Source: Camelus dromedarius
Taxonomy: Eukaryota
Length of the DNA: 64,000 nucleotides
Reading direction: 5' to 3'
Assembly: GCF_036321535.1 (NCBI RefSeq)
Contig: NC_087436.1
Coordinates: 40,674,001-40,738,000 of the forward strand
Positions 12,966 to 27,399 of the stretch are shown piece after piece. The stretch's first letter is position 1, and every line of letters starts with the position of its first letter. Under the pieces are notes generated by a model. It saw only the letters and a list, made by a program, of their open reading frames with translations. It was not told the DNA's origin and did no database searches. The position numbers and the translations under genes are program-made.

Positions 12966-13999
12966 CTCTAATCTGAAATAATTTGATATAAATTATTTTT
13001 GGTCATCTACTATATCAAAGATCAGAGAACTAAAAGGAGGCAGTTGCAGGGAAATCTACTTGCTTGTACCTAAATAGATCCACCAAAAGCCACGAGATGT
13101 TTCTTCTCTTTTTCTATAGCATCTAGCCAGTGAGCAATTGCACTGGGCACAGGGATCAGGACAGAGGAACTGTTAAGGCAGCCTAGCACTTCTCATGCAC
13201 GCATTGACCTTCGGGGACAACTGTGTCCTCAGACTGATGCTTCTCACCCCACCTTCTTTATCCTGTTGTACAATTTGTCTTTAAAGTATTTAAAGCCTTT
13301 GCATTTCCACTGTCTACTCAGCACAGAAGCTTATTCTCTTTGGTCTGATTTACTCTGTGGCATTCTCGGGAATGGTCTTCCTTTTCCATGTTGGTTGATT
13401 TCAATTTTCATTATTACTAAGATTACTCTATGGCCATACTACCCTGAAGGTGCCTGATCTCATCTAGTATTACTCAGATTTCTTTAATGCTACTTTGAAA
13501 ATTACTCTTATTACACCTCACCCTTTAAGCTATTAAAATTTTATATTTTAGTATAGGTCCCTATATGTTTCATGCTGAGATTTAAACAGGCTGCTTCTGT
13601 GTCTCTCCCTACTCCAGCTCTCCCTGTTTCTATCACAATCTCTCCCATTCTGTCTCTACCCTCTTTTTATTCTTAAGGAAGCCCTGGTAGAACTGCCTAC
13701 AAATTGTCAGATCCTGGAAGATCTTGCTAATGTAGTGATCTTCTTGTAAGCATTCTGCCTGAATCAACAACAAAAAACCCCAAACTTCATCTTTCTTTTC
13801 TCTCAGGGTCAACAAAGGAATATAAAAGTTAAAAAGTTGGATTTTTAACTATAATATTGCAGAAAACATTAGTTACATATTTTTTAAACCCAATAATATA
13901 CTAATAAATGTGCCAAAACAAATTCAATTAAATATTTCAGTATGTGGGCTATATGTTAATGTTAAATTTTGAGAAGTCTTCCCAAAATAATGTACATAA

Positions 14000-14700
14000 A
14001 AACTTCTGTTCATTCAGTAGTGACTGTTCAACAAGCACCAACTCCTATGAGACAAGAAGACAACTGAATTATTCCAGAGAGACCATTAAAATGTCTATTT
14101 ACTATGACCACAGCTAAACTATTATAAGCTATTGATGAAAATGTGCAGCAGTATAAGCACTTTGGAAAAGAGGGTGTCCTTTTCTTTACAAAGTTAAATA
14201 TATGCCCATCATATGACCAAACATTCATTTCTAGGTATTTAACCAAAAAAATTGAAAGTATGCAAAACAAAAACTCAAGTTTTCATAGTACTAGCTTTTT
14301 TTTTTTTACCAGAAAGTGGAAATACCTTGTTATTTACTCTGTGACTGAATAAACAAATTGTGATATATCCCTACCATGAGATACTACTCAGCAATAAAAA
14401 GGAATGAGCTCACACTATGGCATGAAACAAGACAAGATTGTGCATACACTCTGTTATTCTGTTTACATTAATTCCAGAAAGCTAATATGACAGAAAGCAA
14501 GTCAGTTGTCTGGAGGTAGTGAGGGAAGGAGAGATTAAATGTGCAAAAGGAAATGTTTGAGAGTGCAGGGTATGCTAATAAGCTTTGAGATAGTTGTATA
14601 TCCATGAAGCCATCATCACAACCAAGATTACCAAAATATATACTTTAACATTAAATTGATGAAAAATAAATTGCATATCAATGAAACTAAAAAGAAATAA
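14000..14700 (+). mobile_element. Ancient L1ME-type 3' region
   Basis: 'gaataaacaaattgtgatatatccctaccatgagatactactcagcaataaaaaggaatgagct' and flanking decayed L1 motifs. Confidence 0.7.
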
Positions 14701-15799
14701 CTCTAGTTACAGTAAGTTCAAAACAAAATCTCAAAGGAAATAGGATAAATTTTCCTGAATTGCATGGGTACCACGGCACTTGTTCTCAGTAATCAAATGC
14801 AAAGAGTAAAGAAAAGTATCTAGAACACAGAAAAGAGGGAGATTACAAGACAAATGTGAGCCCTCTTAGAAAGAAATGAAGTGGGTTTTTTGACGTGGGT
14901 TTGAAATGAATTGTTATTAAAAATGATGTAAGAATATAACCTACATTTTAATATGACCTTCAGTGTTCTTTGAAAAGCTTGCAGAGGAAAATTAAAAAGG
15001 ATTCCTTACAATACAGTGATTTTCTTAATGAAAATGTGTTTGCCCATGATTAAAATTCTTCCTATTTTTTCTACTTCATTGATTTTCTCCTTGTTAACTC
15101 TATCAATTCATTTTAGTCTGCAGTTAAAACTTTATCAAATGATGGTGGCACAGCAATTTAATAAAAAAGTACTGGCTAAAAAAACCATTGAGTTACATTT
15201 TTGTAAAGGTCAAAGTATGAACTTACTTCTTTCTGAAAATAACTTAATGGACATAGAGCAGAGAAGGAACTAATACGTGCCAAATACCAGACCTGGTTGC
15301 CTGTGGAACACTGCACTTCTTAGAGGCGAGCCGTTAAAAACATTCTACTTCTTAACATAGTCTAATATTTTTAAAACTTGATTCAAAATAAGATCTTTAA
15401 ATCATAAAAACTGTCTTTAAGTATGGTTAAAGTAAAGCTTATATTTTTTATGGAGCTATTTCATAGGGAAAGTGTTGGAATTGGGGGCTCCACCTCTTAG
15501 TCCTCAAGTATTGGCTATGTCACACTGTTACGCCATATTGGACTTTGGCAATTTACTTGATTCTTCTGTTGCACACATCCCGTAATGCCCAGCATATTCA
15601 TTTAACATTAACTTTTTGGTATGTATTAGAAGTCCTCTTACCCTTCCCCTTACCTACTCATTTCATTAACTGATGCTCTCTATGCTTTCTGTGAAACAAA
15701 GTGACAATCACAACTCACCAGCTATTCAGCATTGCTGGGCTATACTCTAATCCCTCTCCCTCTCTGTATATATGCTTCCACCAAGTACCCACTATGTTT

Positions 15800-16100
15800 A
15801 TTTCCAAGCTTATTTGTGCCAGTTAGTCTTATGACTATAGTACCTAATTCCACAGTGTTAAAATATGACTGTAAAGAGAAAAACATTTTTTGCATTGAGT
15901 CAAATGGTTTGGAAAAGCTACTTGAAAACATACATTATAGCATTAGGTGTGAAAACAACAAATATGAATGGCAGGAAAGGCTGGCTGAAAAAATATGAAT
16001 CATTCACCATTCAGATTTTACTTCCGTTAATGAACCACATAGAAATGAAACGTCTTATCTGCCCCATCAAACAGTGGTCCAAGAGATGAATTTAGGTTTA
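15800..16100 (+). mobile_element. Possible ancient Tigger-type DNA transposon remnant
   Basis: Weak resemblance ('aatggtttggaaaag...attaggtgtg...attcagattttacttc') to the 5' part of old Tigger transposases, recalled from memory. Confidence 0.3.
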
Positions 16101-16164
16101 AAATATGTTCATATCAATTTTTAGTATCCGCTTTAGTTAAGCTTATTGGTTAATCACCTCCATA

Positions 16165-16780
16165 AATATGATCATGCCCTGAAACACTTTTGCACTTGGC
16201 TTCCCAGACATGATCCTCTCCTGTTCCTTTTTTGACCTCACTGGCTCCTCGACAGCCAGTCCCAGGGCTGGGGCTATCAACCTTTTGCGGGAGCCTGTCT
16301 CCAGCTGTCCCTGACTCTCCCTCAAAGTCCACACTTGTATCAAATTCTGATCTGACATCCTTATTTGCGTATATATTATATATCTAATTTAAAGTGATAT
16401 TTTCTGCTAGCTTAACCTCACTTCAGGCACCCTGATCTTTATGTCCTTTCTTAAACAACTTTTTATTTCAACTTGCAGAATATTTTTACTCAGATCTAAT
16501 CACGGATCCTCTGATGATTTCATTGGGTTTTCTCTTTCAATTTCAAATTCTGATAGAGGCTTTAAGTTGGTGCCTCCTTAGACACAGCCTCTATGCCCTC
16601 GCCTAACTGTGTTTTTTACAGTACTTCCCACTACTTGGAATCACAGGATGCATTTTTGGTTTATGGTGCATACTCTACCACACTAAATACAACTTGATGA
16701 AGACAAAGTCTATTTATTAAATGCCATAATCTGTTTACCCTATTGGGCCCATAGTAGCTCCCTCTGAAAAACTTTAATGA
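16165..16780 (+). mobile_element. L2 LINE remnant
   Basis: 'gaaacacttttgcacttggcttcccagacatgatcctctcctgttcc...acctcactggc' is typical L2 sequence. Confidence 0.6.
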
Positions 16781-16878
16781 ACCCCTTCAGTCTTTTAAAA
16801 ATACTGTATATTTTTAACAGTATTTTTTTTTTTGTTAGTTGACTCTACATCAATTGATAGACTGTAAGTAAATCCAAT

Positions 16879-17357
16879 AGTGGTAGGCAAAAAAATAAAT
16901 AAAAATAAAAAGCCTCCTGAAAGTATCTACTCTCCAATGCCAGGAATCTGAATATTTTGCCTTATATGAGATTGTTTAAGATTAAGGATCTTAGAATAGG
17001 GTAATATCCTGGATTATCCAGGTGAGCCATGAATCACTAAAAGGAAAGAAATGTCCTTGGCTGTAGTAGAGTGAGATGTGACTATGGAAAGATAGATAGT
17101 CATAAAGATGCTACATTGCTAGCTTTAAAAATGGAGGAAGAGGCTGAGTTTAAGAATAAGGCCAGCCTTGAAAAGCTGGAACAGGCAATGAAATGCTCTC
17201 CTAGAGCCTCCAGAAAGGAAAGCAGTCCTGCCAGCACCTTGATTTTAAAGCCCAGTGAGACCCATGTTGAACTTCTGATCTACAGAACTCTAAAACAATA
17301 CATTTGTACTAAGACACCAACTTTGGTAATTTGTTATGGCAGCAATAACACAAATGC
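16879..17357 (+). mobile_element. MaLR solo LTR (MLT1D-like)
   Basis: 'tatcctggattatccaggtgagcc', 'ctcctagagcctccagaaaggaaagcagtcctgccagcaccttgatttta', 'tggtaatttgttatggcagcaata'. Confidence 0.85.
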
Positions 17358-20300
17358 ACCAATGACAGTAAATACTGTTATGTGACAGTTTTTATAGCCT
17401 CAGAATATTATGAATATGCCTAAATTTAAAAACTAGTTGGTTTATATTATTTACCATTTTAAATAGATACAAATCAAGTATATTAAGTACATACAGATTA
17501 TTACCTTAGGTATTACTCCTGCCTATGAAGTGAAAAGTAATGTAAATGAGATTTCATTATTAAGAGACACGATTTGAGGAGTCACAATGTTTAAATACAA
17601 AACCAATTACGATACAGTTAAGATTATCATAAACGAGTGCACAGTGGAAGTTCAAAGTGACCCACGTGGTGGTTCAGAAGAGGGAAATCCTACTTGCTGA
17701 AGAGAATAAGGTAGAGGTCTTTTTAAAAGAGGGAGCTTTTAGGGGAGTCATGAGATGTGAACGATATTTGAAAAGGAAGAAACATGCAGGCTGGGCATTA
17801 TAGGCATGGGAACAAGGGACAACTAGAAATGTCTACTGAGTTATAGTAACTTTCTGTTTTAATTTGAAAAACAAAGAAAGATACCTGAGCATAAGCAGCT
17901 CATGAGATGCAACTCTCAGGCAATATGCGATGATTTAATTGACTCTGCAAGGTGGTCCACTAAAGTATGTTGGTAAAAACCTGCAAAAATTTTAAAATTA
18001 AAAATGACTGTCATACAATATTAAGATATGCATGTATTGAAAGTGTAAAATCTTTACTGAAGAAACCAGCAGAATAATAAAGTTGGTTACCTATGAAGTC
18101 TTATTCTTATTTCTGCAGTCTTCTGACTTTTGTGAGGCAGTTTTTTGAAGACTGCATAGCTTTTGAGAATGAAAGATATTAGGATTTGTTGCTTTAGATA
18201 AGAATTATAAATACAATGTAATAAATGATTGTTCTTAAGATAATGTGCATTGGCAATATGAGGTAATCCAAATTTTCTTTTAAAAATGAACAATATTTCT
18301 ATGTATGTGTGTGTGCATGTATACATACTTAGTCAAACGGGTTTCTGTGGGAAATCATACGGATACCAACAAGTGACTTGTAACTGGAAGTTTACAATAC
18401 AACCATCTGTTGTGAGTTCTTCAGTCAAGACTGGTGCCACACAGCATACGGTTTTGCATTTAAAACTATTACCTAAGTTTCAAGGCCTATTTTCTTCTTA
18501 CATAACTTATAGCAGCTTATACCATGGTGTTTTCATAGACTTTGTCATATGAAATATAACTCTAATATTTCTATTTTACTAACTTTATTGCCTTAAGCAT
18601 GCAATATCCATATATTTGGCTTTTTAATGTGTTTAAACATTTTCATTGTATCTTTCTAATGTTGCAGGTATGTAATCAAGTCTTTGAAAGTGGTTTTTGA
18701 AGTAACACCAACTCTTTAAAGGACAGGATGAAAATTGAGTAATAATAATCATAATACCAGGATTATACGTAAAGATTGCAAAATGTTTTAATTAAACTCA
18801 TTAATTTTATACTTCCAGTGCCTTTTGTTTCTCCTTCCAGGTTTGAATTCATACAAATATGAAAGAATTTAAACTCCTTTAAATGCTACTCCTACTATCC
18901 ACAAATGAGGAAATACAACCTCCAGGTACTCTTAGAGCATCATACTGTGAATGCAGGTTTAATCCAATAAGAATTATGCATTTCAAAGAGTAACTGGGCC
19001 TACTTTGCATTTTTTCTAGGAGAAAATTCTCCATGAGCATTACTTAAGGCATTGTCTGAAAACATAAGAGACTCCTGGGTAAGCACAATTTGGGAAGAAA
19101 CCAAATGAGTAGAACAGGAGTAAAGGATTCAGAGGCTTAAGAGGGATCATTCTTCAGTGTCCACACAGTTCTGGGTTTTGTGCAGCCCATTTTAGCAGCT
19201 GCTGTCTCATCATGTACTAAACAATGCTGTTTAACATGATGTATTTCTGAAAAGTGTGAGACTGACTGACATTTTATAAAGATCTTTCTATAACAGGCAT
19301 AATTAGCCCAGAAACTGAGTTTCTTTAACAAATACTACCTGAAAGGAATATGTTAAGCATTTAAAATGCCACATATTTTAGCATAAGGAAAACTGATCAG
19401 TAAAGTAAGCTTTGTAACTGAAAGTCTCACATATACTTATGTACAATAATTCCTTGGGGAAAATATAGAAGAAAATGTTGACAGACAATACTGTGAACTA
19501 TTCATGAATATGGTACACACATTTTTGTTCTTTTAGCATCAAAAATTAACTGCAGGGATTCTGGCCTAAAAGATTACCCCCACCTTTCTCTCTGATCTCT
19601 GTGGTTAATGACTGAGGTTAGTTACCATTTATCATCTGACATAGGTAGCAGCAAAACTGTTGTCCCCAGCAAATGTGTGAATTGCAGGAATGTTTAGAGG
19701 TAGAAATAGATTTGTTATAGGGAAGGTGGTTCAATTACTGCATAGCACAATACACAGAAATCATCTTAGGATGAATAGTTATCTCAGTATCTACAGGAAT
19801 TGCAAACTGCTGCAAGACTTTAAATTTTAAAAAATGCAATGGCTATATCCAGGGATCTATTCCAATGGACATGGCTATATCAATTTTCAAATTTCATGTA
19901 GTAATTTTATTATCATGCATTCTATTATTTGAAATTCAGAAGTTCCATTCTAAAGGTTTAATTTTTAAACTACAAGGCATTCTCAAATCTACTCCTAATT
20001 TTTCTCTAGGACATAGGCATCTGGTCTCAAATACAGGACATTCTCCTGCATAAGTTAAATGTATTGACAAAAAATTATAGAACAATAATTTTCTTCCATG
20101 CCAGAACACAAAGGAAGTAAAGGTAATTTCACAATTCCTCTAATCTCTTATACTACTCAGAGAAAATAAAAGACCACAAAGACCATTAGCCTTTTATCAA
20201 TGTGAAAATCATAGCTTAGAGAGGTTTGCTGACTTCTTTCCAGAAACACACAGCTAATAGAACAGCTGAATTTCCCAATGACACACTTTTCCCCCTGTAC

Positions 20301-21349
20301 TATATTTCTCTTTGTATCCCCGAGGTATAACAAGAGTAGCATTGGAGACACCAGACCTAGCTCTCAAAAGCAGATTCTACACAGAATTCTATTCCCAATA
20401 ACAATAAGCAACGTTTTGCATCTTCTAAGATGCAGTAAGTATAGCACCTGTAATACATTGCAGACATGATCAGAAATTTAATAAGACCCTAAAAAACTAA
20501 CTTAGAGACTAGTGATAAAAAATTGATAATATAAAACATGTTAGCACACTGGACACAAACACTGAATTAGCCCCAAAGTGTTCCTTAAAAATGTTACTGT
20601 AGCAAGAATGGAGATTATGCAGTTTATAAATGAAGTGCTATGCTTTTCCTTTAAATATCAAATATGCACTATAAAATTGGAAATGAAAAAATAGAGTACA
20701 ATCTGATTCAGTTTAATTAAACTTTATGCCTGTGACCTATTTCAACAATTTAACATTTTAATTCTGCAACTATTTTCATTTCTGAAAGATGTTCTTCATT
20801 TTGTAATATTATATAACTAAATCACTAATGAAGTGACTTTCCATCCCAATCAATAGTATCTGGTAATAATTTAAGTACCATTTCTAAATGACTTAATCCT
20901 ATGATTGCACTTAAACTTTGGGGAGATAAAATTGAATGAAACAACACAATACCTTTGCTATGGGAGTCAAAATAAACAGTTAAATGTATTCTATACTCCC
21001 TGTCAGCTATAGCATCAGCATGGAGAAAGGGATAGATTGTTGTGTTCATCCCAGTTTTATAGGCACAGAATGATAATGTCTAGAAATCTGGGTTACAATG
21101 TAAGAAGATACAGCAAAAGAGAGCAGATAGAAATCTTTAGTGTACCAACATGAAATTTCAAATGGATAGACTGCCTTTTTTTTTTTCTTCAGATTGGCTA
21201 AAATCTCTTAAAATGTATTTGATGGAATAGTCCCCTTAATAGGTGTAATATTCTGTAGCAAGTCAGTGGCATTATTAATGCTAATATTCCTCCTAATGAC
21301 AGTAGCTACTGTATACGGACTGCATATTTGATCTTCTTCTTCAAGGATT

Positions 21350-21530
21350 CAAATGTATTAACTCATTTATTGTTGCCTTAATACTCCATCATTCAGGTAC
21401 TTTTATTAACTGAATTATATGAACAAAGAAACTAAAGCTCCAAGAGATTGATAACTTGCCCGAAGTCACACAGCTCAGAGGCGCCATCAGGACTGAAGCT
21501 CCGGCGACCGCTCCAGATCCTCAGGTGCTG
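21350..21530 (+). mobile_element. MIR SINE
   Basis: MIR core 'gaaactaaagctccaagagattgataacttgcccgaagtcacacagct'. Confidence 0.8.
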
Positions 21531-21734
21531 ATGTCTTTGTTTTCCCACTTTAACGTGTGCGCACCTCAGTGTGTTCCATACGCACAGATCTGTATAAACT
21601 TCACCTCTCGTATACTTAGCATCACTATTAGTCACAGTACTCACACATTCCTTCAGGAAATGCACGCTGTGTTTTCTACATGCCAGGCACTACTACAGAT
21701 GCTGAGATGATCAAATTATTCTGACACGTTATCA

Positions 21735-22048
21735 AACAGTAAGAAAGACATCATTCAGGAGATCAGGCTCAACTCCAAATATAGCAAAGGCAGGTGGGGA
21801 TTTGTAGCCAACAAGTCTCTAAATGAAAAATTACTAAGAGGAGATACCAAGGGTACGGGGATTTTTGCTAAACCAACTTAGAATTCTTGCTGAAAGCAGG
21901 TCAATGGATCAGATCATGAGGTTCTAGCTAGCCTGAGCACATTTCTTGCTACAGCTGGAGGAGGCAGGCAAAGACAAGGTCCAAAGATGAGGCCTAGTCA
22001 GAAAGAGGGCCCAGAGAAGCTTCACTCAAGCTTGGTTAACAAAGGAGC
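21735..22048. mobile_element. Old ERV LTR fragment (MER77/MER21-like)
   Basis: 'caggctcaactccaaatatagcaaaggcaggtggggatttgtagccaa...aattcttgctgaaagcagg...aagatgaggcctagtc'. Confidence 0.5.
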
Positions 22049-24427
22049 TACCATTTGGAGCTTTAAATCTAGTAGAGAGAAAGAGGTAACAAAGGGATAA
22101 ATGTGGTCATTTCTACTCCTGTTAAGGACTATAACTAAACTAAAATAAGGTAATGCCTTGGAGACTTACTGAAGAGGAGCTGAAGTGAGGTGCTGTTTTA
22201 AGTAACTGAGGAAGGCCATTTTGAGAATGCGGTATCTGAACTGAATGTATTACCATATATCAAGCCCAAAGTTGTACCTTAAAAGAACAGTGAGGGCTTC
22301 ATAAATATTTTTCCACATAGTGAAAGAGAAAAAATAATTATCTCTATATTAGTTTCTTAATAATGTTCCTTTTAAAAGCAATGCAAATTATATTTTAAAT
22401 ATATATATATAATTTCAAAATATCCTTAGTGATAAACCTCTTATACATCAAGAGGTTTAACTTATGGTAGGAAAAAATTCAGACAACTTAGACCATTTTC
22501 CTCATGAAAACCTTAAAGAATCCATCAGAACTTCAATTTTATCAGAGTTTTTATTCTCAGATCTTATATTTTACATTACCTGAGAGAGAAAAATAAAAAG
22601 AACTTTGTCTTGACACATTAAACCACACTAACAATGGATAACTGTTTTCTCTAAGTATTTTTCCTAAGCAGGGTTTCCTATCTTTATGCATTTCTAAATA
22701 TTCCTCCCCTCAGTTATAAAGCAATTCAGCCTAACAGTCTATCTATAAAAGAAAATTCAATTATAATAGAGAATTGTACTTTGAAATTGGCTTAATAAAA
22801 GACTCTCAAGAGGATGAGAGCTGAAAGAAAGCACATGCTAAATCTTACTTTTACCTTACACTTACTTACCTAAGTAGTAACTTACACAAGGTGATTTCAA
22901 AGAAATATCAACTATTCAAAAACTATGTCACTTGGGCAAACAAGAATAAGGAAAGAGTTGTTTTAAGGAAAATGTAAAGATTGACAAGAAAGCTTTTTAG
23001 TATGTTTTGTGATAGACTGACCTCCTGAGAGAGAATAGTTGCACAGTAAAGTATAAAAGCTAAACCTTCCCTGGGTATTGTTATTCAAAGATTTTTCACT
23101 TTTGATTGTGATATAGCTGACATACAGTACTATTTAAGTTTAATTTCAAAGATTTCCTTTAAAATAAAGCTACTTCTATAACACATTTTTGAAGGTACTG
23201 ATTATGCCAAATTTTAGATTTTTAAAAACAATTTTGGATTCATTATTTTCAGGTATAATAAATGTTATGAATTTTTCAAATTATTTTCTTATATAGACCT
23301 CTTTCAATGTTCTTCCAAATACCAAAAAAAAAAAAGGTGAAAATGACTAAATCCAACACTGAATATATAACAGCTTCTGAAAATGCAAAGAATATTTGTC
23401 TTAAGGGATTTCTGACTTTTAATTTAGTATTTCGATTATTTTCTCAAAAATTCAAATGAAATTAAAGAGAACATGAAAATATAACAAAGCTATGGAATGG
23501 AACAGATGCAAAGGGCAAGTGTGTATGCACAAAGGCATATACATATACATGCTCAAGTACAGATACATAAAATGCAAAGAGTATTTTAAACTTGAATTGG
23601 TTTTTCAATTGATACTGGATTATTCGTGAAACCTGCAATAGTTGAAATTTTTATTTGAGTTAGAAATTATATAATTCAATGTTTACTGTGCACTGAACTT
23701 CATAGCCTTCACTTTTTACATTGGTCAGCATGAAATTTGATGGCAAATGATGGCAGTGTATGATTAGTTTATACAATACAGATATAAATATAATCAGCTA
23801 AGAGATAATTGATTTATTTTTCTCAGCTTTATAAATCATAGTTTAGATGTATCTATTGGATACAAAACCACTGTGGCCCCCAACTTTTAAGAAGTGTAAT
23901 ATTGGCAGCTAGATTTGGAATTATTAGTTTTAAAACTATATGAAAAGAATTAATGCAACATGTTTTAAGGTCAATTTTGCAGAAAAAATTAAAATAAAGC
24001 CTGGAACAAATAGTTCTAGCTTCTACTGATGTTACTTAATAACATGCTCCATAACTGAGCAGCAATTATCAACCTATCACATTTATAATTTTGATATTGC
24101 TCACCTACAACATTAGGTGACAACTTATAGATGTGAATAAAAAATTTAAAAATTTTAATTTCTATCTGAAGATAATTAATGAATTAAATTTCTGAATTTG
24201 TAATCTATTTTATTGTAATTTATTTTTAGCTATACCTTTAGAAAATAAATCTTTAGAAGTAGCAATTAATGAATGCCGATGACTACTGAAAATATGGCAT
24301 CACATGCTTCCTTTTGGATAATAATTAAAAAGAAATATCTTGATTTAAAAATCTTTTCTTCACATCAATATACCTTTTGAAACTTCTCAAAGGTGTTACT
24401 AAAATAAAAAAGAAGTAATTTAGATAT

Positions 24428-24811
24428 TGTATTAATTCCTAGGACTTCCATACAAAATTCTGTTGTTTAAACTACGGAGACTTATTTTCTCACAGTTCTA
24501 GAGACTAAAGTCCAAGATCAATGTTCCAGCCTATTAGGTTGCTGGTGAGAACACTTCCTGACTTATTCTTGCTATGTCCTGCCCTTTTCTTGGTTCAAGT
24601 GTGCAGAGAGGGACTGAGAGTGGTGCAAGCTCGGGTATCCCTTCTTATAGGGACACTAATCCCATCAGACCAGACCACCATCCTTATAATCTCATTTACC
24701 CTTAGTTACTTCCTTAGAGGTCCTATCTTCAAATATAGCCACACTGGGGGCTAGGGCTTTACTATATGGAAGTACAAATTTGGGAAGGACATAAACATTC
24801 AATCCCTAGCA
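24428..24811 (-). mobile_element. MaLR solo LTR (MLT1A-like)
   Basis: TG...CA ends; 'tattttctcacagttctagagact aaagtccaagatcaa', 'cttcttatagggacactaatcccat', 'acataaacattcaatccctagca'. Confidence 0.85.
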
Positions 24812-25439
24812 GATGTATATAATCCTGAGTCATGTTGCCATCAATCAAGCCTAGACTGGATAGTTTAATAAGTAAGATGCAAGCTTATATGTCACTTTAA
24901 AATCTTGAAATATTGATGAACATGGTACTGAAAATATTTTCAAAGGTTAATGGTAGCTGCTTAAATCAAGCTCAATGCATTCATCCTTCAAAATACTTAA
25001 ATTTGAGAGTAATACATAAAAGTAATACAAATAAGTTCATACACAACTTATGACTTCAACATTATTAGGAGACAGAATATTCAAAACTTCAAATCAACCA
25101 GATGGGGAAGAGGAGCCCTGAGAGTCTTAGATTTTTAAAAAAGGAGAGCTGGGGCTAAAGAATAAATTTAAAAGGACAGGAAAACCTGCCTCCACAGAGA
25201 CAATGACCAGGACTCAACGTCAAATGAAGATATTGTGACTTGGTGGCACGATGAAAGCTCTTGAAAGTGCCCAGGAATGAAGGTGGCAGCCTGGTAGAAA
25301 CTCAGATTCTGGGGAATAATCACGTAAATAGAAAAGGAAGGACGATAAGGTCTGAAGGGAACGCCAACATCCTACAGTAATGTAAAGGAAACAAACAACA
25401 CAGGTCAAGCCATTCTCTCACCACCTACCACTAACTTTG

Positions 25440-25611
25440 TTGAATAAGGGAAATATACACAAAATGTTATGATAACTCACAGAGAAAAAAAATGTGACAA
25501 TGAGTGTGTATATGTCCATAAATAACTGAAAAATTGTGCTGAACACTGGAATTTGACACAACATTGTAAAATGATTATAAATCAATAAAAAATGTTTAAA
25601 AAAAAAAAAAA
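25440..25611 (+). mobile_element. Very short young L1 3' end with poly(A) tail
   Basis: Near-identical to the reverse complement of ~925-1075 ('aaaaattgtgct...cactggaatttgacacaacattgtaaaatgatta'), then AATAAA and poly(A). Confidence 0.9.
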
Positions 25612-27167
25612 GAAATTGTACTTCACAATAGAGACCAAAAAAACTCATGAACATGAAAGATCAATCCCCAAAGGAACAGGAACAGAGAAAAATAAGCTAC
25701 ATCTTAACCTCCTTAAGAAAACAGAAATGCAAATAACAGCATTTCAGTTGATGAAAACATCTGGAACAATAAATTTTAAACCTAAGTACAAAAAGGGACA
25801 AACTAGAAAGGGATCTACTTTTGATCAAGCTCAGGGAAAAAAAAAGACTGAAGAAAAATAAAAACCCATCTTAAACATAAAAAAGTATAAGAGGAATAGA
25901 TTTTAATTAATAGACATGAGAAAGTAGAAGAAAACAAATATGAAACATTTTATCCATTCAAAGTGTCCACGCAGGCATATAAAGTGGGGAGTTAACATTT
26001 CATTCATAATTTCACTTTCAATAAACTTGCACAATCTTAAAATTCTTTTCCTTATGCAATATTTGCCTTACTGTACTTACCAAAATGTATCTTCATGTGT
26101 ATCATATTTAATAATAAAACGCTGGAATATTTATGTTATCTTTAATTTTTCACATTTTTTATCAGTCTACATTACATTGGGGGAAAACAGTCATTATCGC
26201 AGACTGAGAAGCTATACAGTTCGTATTACGTAAAATGTGTTCACAAAACATCACTGCGTGTTTCATAAGGCTATTCAAAGGTACATATCAATCTATTTGT
26301 ATATTATATATAATGCATAGTATATAAAATGATATAGAGAGGTTATATGACTGCATTCCACTCTTTGTTATATAAATGTGATTTTGTATGAATACTATAT
26401 GGCCAATCTACTTCATTTAAGCACATATATGATAAAAGGGAAGGATTTCCACCTGTATGCATTGTGAATCATACAGATAATGAAAATAAAACTTAAATAC
26501 ATAAACTATCATCAGTGGTCAGTACAGGACCCCATTCAAGTTTTAATTATGAAATGAACTAATCTCTACATCTAAGATGGCAAAAAAAATTTAAGTATAA
26601 AAATCAATCACATGTGACAACTGAAAATTATGCTTAAATACTATAATGCTTTACTTGTACTTTGAGAACCCCTTGAAAGTGGTCCAAATCCTTAGTCAAC
26701 AGTATTTCTTTTTAAGTTTATTTTACTTCTTATCCATTTCAATACACCTGGCAGTTATGCCTGTGGTTCTTTTTTCATCTTCATCCCTCTCTGAAACAAG
26801 CAAAATGTGGAAACATTTTCTTAGCCTAAAGGTTTAGGCTTATATCTCTTCTCCTTTCTATCACTAAGATAATGTATAATTGCTTTTGCACTTGGGGCTA
26901 CGCTCTCTTCCTTTCCTCTCAGCTCTGAAATCCTGTCACTTTATCTCCTTTACCCTGGTTTTACCCTTTTAAGACATCTAATGCCTCAAATCCTTAACTA
27001 ACACAAAGTAGACTCTGCAGGAGTTGGAAAAGGGGCAGAGGTATGGTGGGGTGATGGGTGAGTGAGGTTGTAGAAAAAGGAGGCACAGAGGGAATGCACA
27101 GACAGAATTCCTTTGGCAAGATGAAAAAAAAAAGATGTTAGCTGTGACTATTCAGAGATGAAGTGCT

Positions 27168-27191
27168 TATTCTATTGTATACAATAGAATA
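27168..27191. repeat. Perfect 24-bp palindrome
   Basis: tattctattgta|tacaatagaata, followed by a repeat of the core (attgtatacaa). Confidence 0.95.
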
Positions 27192-27399
27192 CATTGTATA
27201 CAAGACAGTTCCAGCCTCATCAGTGCTGAAATATTTAACAATTTTTCTTCTGTCTAAATAGTTGACATTCATTAAGTCTAATAGTACCTAAATCTTGACT
27301 ATGATCTAGGAAAGAAGCTTTGCTGTGCATTTTTTTCGGGGGTTTTCAGTGATAAACAATATTCTATGGGAAAACCACAAGCACTATAGGAAAAAAATA

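Noticed and set aside
18841..18925. Strong-looking acceptor (ttttgtttctccttccag) with a downstream weak donor
   Set aside because: Stops in all frames; such sites are common by chance. A non-coding exon cannot be excluded.
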